DNA from: an uncultured Lentisphaeria bacterium
Lineage (GTDB): Bacteria > Verrucomicrobiota > Lentisphaeria > JABSQK01 > JAJFLO01
Assembly (NCBI GenBank): GCA_951812855.1
Contig: OX638337.1
Span: 180,001 to 212,000, forward strand
Reading direction: 5' to 3'
Length of the DNA stretch: 32,000 bases
Shown here: positions 18,173-25,615 of the stretch, piece after piece
How the letters are laid out: every line of letters begins with the position of its first letter
Position numbering within the stretch: the first letter of the stretch is position 1
The notes under the pieces: model-generated
Database searches by the model: none
The model's input: only the letters and a program-made list of their open reading frames with translations
Told to the model about the DNA's origin: nothing
Made by a program: the position numbers and the translations under genes

Positions 18173-18223
18173 ATAAGCTATGGGTGCTTTTCTGTTGATA
18201 CAAGAATAATTATTTATTATTTA
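18173..18223 (-). promoter_or_regulatory. Conserved tRNA promoter-like block (copy 2, upstream of tRNA-Arg)
   Basis: The minus strand reads AAATAATAAATAATTATT-CTTGTAT-N17-TAGCTTAT, with TTGTAT at 18203-18198 and TAGCTT at 18180-18175. The spacer is the same 17 nt as in copy 1. Confidence 0.4.
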
Positions 18224-18342
18224 TGGGAAATAACCGAATATGAGAAAAAATCACAGGTTGAATTCGGAACATATGTTTTAGAACGAGGAAAATGGCATTA
18301 AACTTCTAAACAATTTTTGAATTAACTGATGAGTGTGATTTA

Positions 18343-18657
18343 ATGGTTAAAATCAGCGAAAAAATTCAAGGGTATACCATGACCCTTGAGAGTACTGGAA
18401 TTTCAAAACCTCCTTTGTACAGAGTTCTCCTTCATAACGATGATTATACACCGATGGATTTTGTTGTTATGATCTTAGAAACCAACTTCAACAAAAACCG
18501 GGAAGATGCCGTTTCAATCATGCTGAATGTCCATCAAAAAGGAATCGGAATTTGTGGTGTTTATACTTTTGAAATTGCTGAATCAAAATCACAACACGTT
18601 GTTGAAATCGCTAAACAAAATGATTATCCTCTTCAATGTACCATGGAATCAGAATAA
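18343..18657 (+). CDS. clpS: ATP-dependent Clp protease adaptor protein ClpS
   Basis: The core [24 protein letters not shown]...[27 protein letters not shown] matches the ClpS signature. The 104-aa length is typical. Confidence 0.93.
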   Translation: MVKISEKIQGYTMTLESTGISKPPLYRVLLHNDDYTPMDFVVMILETNFNKNREDAVSIMLNVHQKGIGICGVYTFEIAESKSQHVVEIAKQNDYPLQCTMESE

Positions 18658-19081
18658 ATATTCAGTTTCAAAGCGTGTTCAAAAATTCATTGTTATCTTA
18701 TAGTACAAAAAGACGTTTCAGCAACCTTTTTAATACAGTCTGTTTTGGAATCAATTTGAATCAACCTTAAATAACGAAGACGAACCTGTAATTTATCCAA
18801 AATGGAAATAAAGGCGACCTGCATAATGGCTTTGACCATAGCGGATTGTCTGATATTTTAAGGAAAAGGGACAACTGGATTCTTTCTTACAATGAATGCG
18901 ATGAGATTGACGATTTTTATGGTGATTTTGCATTTTATTATCCTGAATGGAAGTATGGTATGTCAAACGATAAAAAATCAAGAGAAGTTTTGATTTTCAG
19001 TGATGATTTAGCAGAGAAAAACAATCTCAAATAATGGCAACACGATAAAGCTATGGCAGGCGTAGATCAGGGGTATAGCGG

Positions 19082-20335
19082 ATGCAAGAGACAATAAAAA
19101 ACAGAACGATATTTTGTAAAGACAATCTTGATATTCTCGAAGGAATAAACACGGAGACGATTGATCTTGTTTACCTTGATCCGCCATTTAATAAAAAGAA
19201 AGTATTTACCGCTCCAATCGGTACCAGTGCTGAAGGTGCGAGCTTCAAAGATATATTTACCGAAGCGGATTTGAAGGAAGAGTGGGTACAGGAGATTCGT
19301 GAAGATTGGCCGAATGTCTACGAACTGTTAAACGCAGTAAAAAACATTGAGGGGAGAAGTTCGTATAATTTTTGCTACCTTGCCTATATGGCAATACGTC
19401 TTATCCAGTGCCGCCGCATACTCAAAAATACGGGCAGTTTTTACTACCACTGCGATCCCACCATGAGCCACTACATAAAATTATTGCTTGATTGTATATT
19501 TGGGGAAAAAAAATTTAAGAATGAGATTGTGTGGCATTATGAAACAGGTGGGATACCAATAAAAGACTTTTCAAGGAAGCATGATTATATTTTGAGATAC
19601 TCAAAAGGCAAAGAATATATTTTTAATAGCAAGGATATATTAGAAGAGAGAAGCGAAGAAGTCTTAAGAAGAATAGCCACAGGGAATGAGACAGCAACAA
19701 GATCGAAAGGTCAATATAGACACCCTTCTGATGTTTTCAAAATACCAGCTATCAATGCCATGGCCAGGGAGAGGGTAGGCTATCCGACACAAAAACCGCT
19801 TGCACTGTTAGAGCGCATTATCAAGGCCAGCAGCAACGAGGGTGATGTAGTGCTGGACCCGTTCTGCGGGTGTGCGACCACTTGCGTGGCAGCAGAGCGT
19901 TTAAGCAGACGATGGATTGGGATAGATATATCGGTGAAAGCATATGAATTGGTGCAGGAAAGAATCAGCAATATGTACGAAATACGACAAGGAAAACTGG
20001 AAGAAGGTGAGTTATCTAAAATATATTTTTCTACCACGGCACCAACTCGTACCGATGACGGGGCAAATGCCAAGGATCAAAAATATGTTTATATTATCTC
20101 ACACCCACAATACGAAGGAGAGTATAAGGTTGGTATCGCAAGCGATGTAAAAAGCCGCCTGAGCAGTTATCAAACGAGCGATCCAAACCGAGACTACAAA
20201 CTGGAATATAAACAGCTTACCGAACACTACCGGGCATTAGAGCGACATATCCACAATCAGTTTGATAGCCGACAGGAGTGGGTTCGTGCCGAGATGCAAG
20301 AGATAATCAACGCGATGAAAAGCTATCGGCCTTGA
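19082..20335 (+). CDS. Beta-class N6-adenine/N4-cytosine DNA methyltransferase fused to a C-terminal T5orf172 (GIY-YIG-like) domain (417 aa)
   Basis: Catalytic motif IV DPPF (LVYLDPPFN, aa 33-36) precedes the SAM-binding motif I (VVLDPFCGCATT, aa 257-267), which is the beta-class permutation. C-terminal aa ~334-415 (KYVYIISHP...YKVGIASDVKSRLSSYQT...LERHIHNQF...QEWV) match the T5orf172/MUG113 pattern. Confidence 0.9.
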   Translation: MQETIKNRTIFCKDNLDILEGINTETIDLVYLDPPFNKKKVFTAPIGTSAEGASFKDIFTEADLKEEWVQEIREDWPNVYELLNAVKNIEGRSSYNFCYLAYMAIRLIQCRRILKNTGSFYYHCDPTMSHYIKLLLDCIFGEKKFKNEIVWHYETGGIPIKDFSRKHDYILRYSKGKEYIFNSKDILEERSEEVLRRIATGNETATRSKGQYRHPSDVFKIPAINAMARERVGYPTQKPLALLERIIKASSNEGDVVLDPFCGCATTCVAAERLSRRWIGIDISVKAYELVQERISNMYEIRQGKLEEGELSKIYFSTTAPTRTDDGANAKDQKYVYIISHPQYEGEYKVGIASDVKSRLSSYQTSDPNRDYKLEYKQLTEHYRALERHIHNQFDSRQEWVRAEMQEIINAMKSYRP

Positions 20336-20452
20336 TGAAATTAATGAAAATAAATAGCGTACACCCCTCGTAAAGGAATCGACTGCTTAAAAAATAAACA
20401 AAGATGGAACCGTCAACGTTTGTCTCAGCAAGGATAAATTGATATTAAAAAC

Positions 20453-20472
20453 ATCACGCAGCAAACCGTGAT
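20453..20472. terminator. Small hairpin between the convergent MTase and LysM-lipoprotein genes
   Basis: ATCACG-N8-CGTGAT. It is followed by TTATTT on the plus strand and GTTTTTAAT on the minus strand. The 6-bp stem is short, so confidence is low. Confidence 0.3.
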
Positions 20473-20496
20473 TTATTTCAATCTTAAAGATTCTGT

Positions 20497-21147
20497 TTAA
20501 TTGTGATTTTGTGTTGGATTCAACTGTGGAATGATCAAACGTTGACCAACCTGAAGCTGCCCCGGCGAATATAATACATCCCTATTGGCTTCATATAATA
20601 AAGACCAGTGCTGAGAGTCACCCAATAAATTTTTTGCAATCTCATTTAAGGTATCTCCAGACCTTACAACATAAAAAAACGACTCACTATTTTCATTTAT
20701 TCCAGTATCTTGAGGAGATATTATTATCTCTGTAGAAGCTTCTGCATCCAGGGACTTACTAATATCCTTATCTTCGTACTTTATCTTAAGACTGTTATAG
20801 TATTTTTCTTCTGCACGGCGAAGCCATTTTTGAGCAATTAATATTTGATTTTTTTCTGGAGATTTATTGATGTAATTTTGATATTGAACAATAGCCCCGG
20901 ACAAATTCTCAAGATTATCTTCAAATATTATCGCAAGCTGCAAATGTGCCTTATACGATCCGGGACTATGACGAATACATTGAGAAAAAGCCTCAACAGC
21001 ATTATTAAAATCACCATTCTTCCTGAATTTTTCAGCCTTAATATAAAAAGAATTATTTTCATTCAATGCATGTCTGTCATTAGAAAAACATCCGGACAAC
21101 AATATCACGGAAAATATGAATCTAAACGTTACATTAAATTTATCCAA
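20497..21147 (-). CDS. Lipoprotein with a TPR-like region and a C-terminal LysM peptidoglycan-binding domain (216 aa)
   Basis: TTG start followed by a well-formed lipoprotein signal (MDKFNVTFRFIFSVILLSG|C). TPR-like helices (GDFNNAVEAFSQCIRHSPGSYKAHLQLA). LysM motif YVVRSGDTLNEIAKNLLGD...LYEANRDVL..PGQLQVGQRLIIP. Confidence 0.85.
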   Translation of the reverse strand: MDKFNVTFRFIFSVILLSGCFSNDRHALNENNSFYIKAEKFRKNGDFNNAVEAFSQCIRHSPGSYKAHLQLAIIFEDNLENLSGAIVQYQNYINKSPEKNQILIAQKWLRRAEEKYYNSLKIKYEDKDISKSLDAEASTEIIISPQDTGINENSESFFYVVRSGDTLNEIAKNLLGDSQHWSLLYEANRDVLYSPGQLQVGQRLIIPQLNPTQNHN

Positions 21148-21326
21148 AATTCAGCTCCTGATACACTGGAATTATTGTGATCCAACAGGTTACAACAAGT
21201 AACTCAATGAAATATAGTTATCAAATAAAATTTAAATCGCGATCAGTCTTCATTAATGAATGACTGGTAATCAATAACCCAATAAATCAGTCTATGAGAA
21301 ATTTATCCGGGACAATACAATTGACA

Positions 21327-22040
21327 CTACCTTTTCTCATTCCACTCAGCAGTACTATATTTTGATCTTACCAATTCCTTCACCTGATCGTAAAAAAATG
21401 AAGATGGCCGGTATATTTTTGTTGAAAAATCGAACTTGTTTTTGAAACCATCTATGATTGAACTTACAATTTTGTCTCTGTCAAATTGAGACTTATCCAG
21501 TAACTGAACACTTCCCTGATGTAATATCCCGAAACTATTCCGCTTTTGTGCCGCACCGGCAATTTTACCATTTCCGAAAATAATGTCATTTTGAGTTGGT
21601 TCGTCAAAACACTGCATTTGGGACGGGTTAGCGGCTTTCTGAATTTCTTTGTCCGAAAGTTTTCCGTTTATATCAATTATTTGCAACCCCGAAATAATTG
21701 CACTGTGAACTATGCGATAACTATCACATCGACTCATATCATATAACCAATATGATGAGGGACATACTAAGGTATAGGTGATATCGGCCCCATGCCAGAC
21801 AATGCCGCCACCGGTAGGTCTTCTTACAAAATGTGCATTGACAGGTTTAACTTCAGAATGATTCTGAAAACAGCCTATGGAAACGGCAGGCTTATCCCAG
21901 GAATAGAATCTCAGTAATGGAGAATTTCCAGATTTCAAATTTTGAAGCAAGATTTCATCTTTTGCCATATTTTCCCAGGGTGATCCTGGCTGATCTAACC
22001 ATAGATACCACACATTGTTCGGAGTTTTTTGATGTTGCAT
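21327..22040 (-). CDS. Lipoate-protein ligase / octanoyltransferase family protein (LplA/LipM-like catalytic domain only)
   Basis: Motifs NMAKDEILL, RRPTGGGIVWHG.DITY and GKIAGAAQKR...HQGS. The longest ORF starts at a TTG (22121) and adds 27 hydrophobic residues; the ATG at 22040 gives a canonical N-terminus and is preferred. Confidence 0.85.
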   Translation of the reverse strand: MQHQKTPNNVWYLWLDQPGSPWENMAKDEILLQNLKSGNSPLLRFYSWDKPAVSIGCFQNHSEVKPVNAHFVRRPTGGGIVWHGADITYTLVCPSSYWLYDMSRCDSYRIVHSAIISGLQIIDINGKLSDKEIQKAANPSQMQCFDEPTQNDIIFGNGKIAGAAQKRNSFGILHQGSVQLLDKSQFDRDKIVSSIIDGFKNKFDFSTKIYRPSSFFYDQVKELVRSKYSTAEWNEKR

Positions 22041-22136
22041 GACAGTGACGATTACCGGGATTTGGTCAAGAAATTTCTGAAAATGGCGGGTAAATAATAT
22101 AAACAGAACAGGAAATAACAAATTGGGAATAAAATC

Positions 22137-22301
22137 TTAATATGGAACCCCGATTATTGAGTCTTCCCAGCCGGCACGAGTGTTCCATGGGATATTATCC
22201 GATCCAGAGTCCTGTACCCGGCTTTGGTCCACGAATTTACAACCGGCTAATAATAAAAGAACGAGGACAAGAAAAATTGACATAACACGATATCGATTCA
22301 T
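22137..22301 (-). CDS. Small lipoprotein (54 aa), below the ORF-track length cutoff
   Basis: ATG start. The sequence is MNRYRVMSIFLVLVLLLLAG|CKFVDQSRVQDSGSDNIPWNTRAGWEDSIIGVPY, with a positive n-region, a hydrophobic core and a canonical lipobox LLAGC. It fills an otherwise empty gap between same-strand genes. No Shine-Dalgarno sequence is seen. Confidence 0.55.
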   Translation of the reverse strand: MNRYRVMSIFLVLVLLLLAGCKFVDQSRVQDSGSDNIPWNTRAGWEDSIIGVPY

Positions 22302-22470
22302 CACATTGATTATGATTTTCAGGTTTTATTATTGTGACTGAATGTTGAAATAAAAAGGCTAACTGAATAGATCAAGGATAGAAATTGAGTATGTTGACGC
22401 TTCCGACCACTGCATTAATGACAGTAGTGCAAAGCAAAGAAATGTGATACAGTTTAAGATAAAAGTTAAT

Positions 22471-23691
22471 TTAGAAGATAACACGATCACCCTCAACAGC
22501 GGTTCCATGTTTAACTTTTGGTAAAATTTCTGCAACCGAATAATTACTAAATACTCGAGTCACCAAAACTTTACATATATACTCCTGATCTCTGGCTACA
22601 ATCATCTCAAGATTTTCCGGTAAATTATCTTTTTTGCCCAGATTAATGATAACATAATTCCAATCATAATTAACATTTATTATTTTTCCTTCGACTCCCT
22701 TTAACTGTGTTGTCTGTGTACCGGAAGCTTCGCTAACCAACACATTATATTTTTTTCTTAATGCATCATAATTATTTTCTACACTTGCCAGCTTACTTTG
22801 AATTGCTGCATAGTTTTCGTCAGCTGATTCCAAAGCTTCAACAGTTCTGCCTAAATTCTCTTTAGTTTCGATGAATTCAATTTTACATTTTTCATAATTT
22901 TTTAATTTATCATTGATGTTATCGAAATCATTCAGAATTGCTGTTAACGCCACAACATATTTGCTGCTGTCTTTTAATGAAGATTCATCCACTTCAAAAT
23001 CATGAGCATCGATTTTAGTAACGGCCTGGGCAATCGCATCAGCATAATTAATTGCTCTATCATTCATCTTACTTATATGATTTGCCAAATTTTGTAATGG
23101 CTCTTCAAACGTTTCGATGTCTGTTAAAACATTCTTTTCCAAAGGGAATCCAACCTTATCAGCTGCGTTTTCAATTTTAGAAAAGATTTTATCATCCCGG
23201 ATTTTTATCTTTTCTAAACCTTCATATATTTGGGTAAGAGCATCCTCATAAGAGTTTAATTTCTGTAGAATTTCCGTATTTTCATCACCCAATTCAAACA
23301 GACCGGAAATTTGCCCTATTGATGCAGCCAAATTATCTCTCTGTTCACGAACGACCCTGACCTGATTTTTGAATTGCTCCAAATAACCTTCAAATTTCTG
23401 ATTTGTTTTTGTCGCAGGATCTCTGGTATCATTGTAAAATTCCCAGCCTAACGTCCCCCCCGGCATGGGCTTTCCATCACTGCTTATAATCTCCTTGCGA
23501 TGGACATTCCCCTGTAGATCGGTTCCACTTCGACTGTCCAATTCTTTGACTGCTTCAGAAACAGCATCAGCCATTTTATCACCATGCCCTCTTAGATCAT
23601 TCCTGGCATTAAATAAGAGCCATCCATGAACACCGGCTGAAAGTGAGAAAATCAAAATAAGAACACTTAAAAATCGGTTTAATTGCACCAT
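22471..23691 (-). CDS. Membrane-anchored coiled-coil protein with a small C-terminal beta-rich domain (406 aa), function unknown
   Basis: ATG start and an N-terminal TM helix (FLSVLILIFSLSAGVHGWLLF). About 280 aa of heptad-rich, charged sequence follow. The C-terminal ~70 aa read GKIINVNYDWNYVIINLGKKDNL...MIVARDQEYICKVLVTRV.SNYSVAEIL......EGDRVIF. It lies immediately downstream of the prepilin peptidase gene. Confidence 0.8.
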   Translation of the reverse strand: MVQLNRFLSVLILIFSLSAGVHGWLLFNARNDLRGHGDKMADAVSEAVKELDSRSGTDLQGNVHRKEIISSDGKPMPGGTLGWEFYNDTRDPATKTNQKFEGYLEQFKNQVRVVREQRDNLAASIGQISGLFELGDENTEILQKLNSYEDALTQIYEGLEKIKIRDDKIFSKIENAADKVGFPLEKNVLTDIETFEEPLQNLANHISKMNDRAINYADAIAQAVTKIDAHDFEVDESSLKDSSKYVVALTAILNDFDNINDKLKNYEKCKIEFIETKENLGRTVEALESADENYAAIQSKLASVENNYDALRKKYNVLVSEASGTQTTQLKGVEGKIINVNYDWNYVIINLGKKDNLPENLEMIVARDQEYICKVLVTRVFSNYSVAEILPKVKHGTAVEGDRVIF

Positions 23692-23778
23692 AATTTTTAT
23701 CGTAAAATTGCGGAATTATTTTTTTTCAGTAAATACTCTCCGAAAATCGCTGTAAGGATATCATTCCATCCAATCATG

Positions 23779-24996
23779 TCAAATAAATTGTCTTATATAT
23801 GAAAAAATCTCATATCCGGCAAAAAGATAAACGAACGCTGCAAAAGAAATAAACGGTCCATAAGGAAGACTATACTTCTGTTCCTTTTCAGCAGCTGTTA
23901 GACTAATGCATATATTACACATCACACCAAATAATGCTCCGGTAAATGATGATATGAAAATAATGAATAAAATCGCTGACGGACCTAAGAATAAACCAAG
24001 CATTGCAACTAACTTAACATCGCCCGTTCCCAATGCTTCTTGCGGACAAATCCATCTGTCTGCTTTAACCGTAAACGGGTCAATCTCTGATAGAGGTATT
24101 TTTTGGGAACTGATATGGATATGGCCAACGTTAATTTTTATTGAATCCACATTGCCAGACGCAGAGTAATCATGATCAGAATTTTTGCTATGACTCGAAA
24201 TATGGACCGAATCAGCAACCCCCATTATCGTTAATTCGTCAGATTTACGAAGAAAAAGTTGTTTCCAGGAAATAATAGTCCCATCGTCTATTGATAACCT
24301 ATGCCGATTTATTGTAAACTTAACCGGTGTATTATATTTAATTTTGCGACTGCCAAACAAAAATTTACCAATTTCTGCAATCGCCAGTAATAATCCACCG
24401 CCAAGCAATAAACCCAAAACACAATCTGTACCCACAAACAATAAATTTTTAACTGAAATTGAATCTGTTATATGAACAACATAGTTATCAAAACAGAAAT
24501 AAGACCATGGTTTCATAATCTGCAAATCGTGATCATAAATACCAAATGTACTAAACGTATGAGTAACTGGAAAGATCATTCCTGTAATTACAGAGTAAAT
24601 ACACCCTGCCAAAATGATACTGTTGGGTATCCTGTAATACCGAATATCAATCAATGAAATAACAATAAGAAGAGATATCAAAATTAGAAGTGAACTGAGT
24701 ACTAAAAAAGGCCAGGATTTACTTACCACCCGAATCCAGGCCAGACCAAATAATACACCCGTAAGCAGTTCAATCATAAAATATTGGATAGATATTCGAC
24801 AATGACAATGTCTGCACTGACCTCGCAGCAGCAGCCAGCTTACAATTGGTATATTTTCGTACAGTCGAATTGTTTTTTTACAGGATGGACAATGTGAAGA
24901 AGGAAAAACAATTGACTCACCATTTGGTATTCTAAAGATACAAACATTCAAAAAACTACCGACACACGTGCCTGTGACAAAGAAAAAAAAGGTCAT
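23779..24996 (-). CDS. pilD: Prepilin peptidase / N-methyltransferase (peptidase A24, PilD/GspO family) with large insertions
   Basis: GSFLNVCIFRIP, the Cys motif CPSC...CRHC, the first catalytic Asp in SLIDIRYYRIPN, and the second in LGTGDVKLVAMLG. ATG at 24996 is preferred; the longest ORF starts at a TTG at 25032. Confidence 0.9.
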   Translation of the reverse strand: MTFFFFVTGTCVGSFLNVCIFRIPNGESIVFPSSHCPSCKKTIRLYENIPIVSWLLLRGQCRHCHCRISIQYFMIELLTGVLFGLAWIRVVSKSWPFLVLSSLLILISLLIVISLIDIRYYRIPNSIILAGCIYSVITGMIFPVTHTFSTFGIYDHDLQIMKPWSYFCFDNYVVHITDSISVKNLLFVGTDCVLGLLLGGGLLLAIAEIGKFLFGSRKIKYNTPVKFTINRHRLSIDDGTIISWKQLFLRKSDELTIMGVADSVHISSHSKNSDHDYSASGNVDSIKINVGHIHISSQKIPLSEIDPFTVKADRWICPQEALGTGDVKLVAMLGLFLGPSAILFIIFISSFTGALFGVMCNICISLTAAEKEQKYSLPYGPFISFAAFVYLFAGYEIFSYIRQFI

Positions 24997-25080
24997 TAAT
25001 TGAATAAAATAAATTTGTGAATGAGCTTCCAAACCTATGCAGTATACTTGTTTATGTTAAAATGCAATTTTATTAATACG

Positions 25081-25518
25081 TCAACTATACCCTGTGGAAT
25101 AGGTGCTGTTACTCTTATCTATCACCTCTTTGTTCAAGGTATGATAAAATTGAATTTCCTTCGCATGCAGTACCTGCCGATGCACCTTAGGCAAATTCAA
25201 ATCCTCAGGGGTAAGGCAATTAGAAATAAAGCGTAAATAAAAATGATCATCCAATCCGTATATTCTATCTCCAACAACTGGAAGACCGAGTGAATATAGT
25301 GTTGCCCGAATCTGATGTAATTTACCAGCCGGGCAGCAGGGTAAATTCCCAGATTTATTAATAACCGGGATTACATCGTCTTCATATAATACCTGGAACA
25401 CGGGGTCATCAACAGCACTGACTTCAAAATTAACACAATCTCCCTGAACCGGCTTCGGTGGTTTAGTGAGAGAGTACCGTTGACATGGATCATTCCGTAT
25501 CTGATCAGTTTCTGCCAC
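25081..25518 (-). pseudogene. RluA-family pseudouridine synthase relic with an in-frame internal deletion of the catalytic core
   Basis: The N-terminal part VLYEDDVIPVINKSGNLPCCPAG matches ILYEDD..l.VNKPaGl.vHPg. It is joined directly to KLHQIRATLYSLGLPVVGDRIYG, which matches GRTHQIRvHla..GhPivGD..YG. The ~110 aa between these, including the HRLD catalytic Asp motif, are absent. The ORF opens with a GTG only 6 codons after an upstream stop. Confidence 0.6.
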
Positions 25519-25615
25519 TCTGAACGGGAATGATAATTAAATCTATTCGCTAACCCATGATCTAATCTTAACGATTATTCAAACGATGTGATCACCTATT
25601 ATGTAATGCGATTGG

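Noticed and set aside
18119-18301. 60-aa plus-strand ORF
   Set aside because: It starts inside tRNA-Arg (opposite strand) and runs through the conserved tRNA promoter block. It has no RBS and no recognisable motif.
18793-19034. Two mutually antisense 62-codon ORFs (18846-19034 on plus with a TTG start; 18793-18981 on minus) upstream of the methyltransferase, considered as a possible controller, partner or antitoxin gene
   Set aside because: The plus-strand ORF has no ATG and no RBS. The minus-strand ORF has an implausible His/Arg/Cys-rich composition. Neither shows a helix-turn-helix or any known motif. They are left as unsupported.
19506-19513. A8 homopolymer inside the methyltransferase gene (GGG GAA AAA AAA TTT), considered as a phase-variation tract
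   Set aside because: It is shorter than the tracts usually associated with phase-variable MTases, and it simply encodes Glu-Lys-Lys in an AT-rich genome.
18713-20431. Short similar sequences flanking the methyltransferase (ACGTTTCAGCAA at 18713-18724 and ACGTTTGTCTCAGCAA at 20416-20431), considered as possible insertion-site direct repeats
   Set aside because: The match is only 12 nt and is interrupted by a 4-nt indel, which is well within chance expectation for 32 kb of AT-rich DNA. No integrase or inverted repeats are associated.
21244-21266. Near-palindrome CAGTCTTCATT/AATGAATGACTG between the lipoate-ligase-family gene and the LysM lipoprotein gene
   Set aside because: The stem is AT-rich and bulged with essentially no loop, and the T-rich tail is only modest. 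Support for a terminator or operator call is insufficient.
22041-22121. TTG-initiated 27-aa hydrophobic N-terminal extension of the lipoate-ligase-family protein
   Set aside because: The internal ATG at 22040 gives an N-terminus matching the family. The extension is probably a longest-ORF artefact, although a membrane-anchored isoform cannot be excluded.
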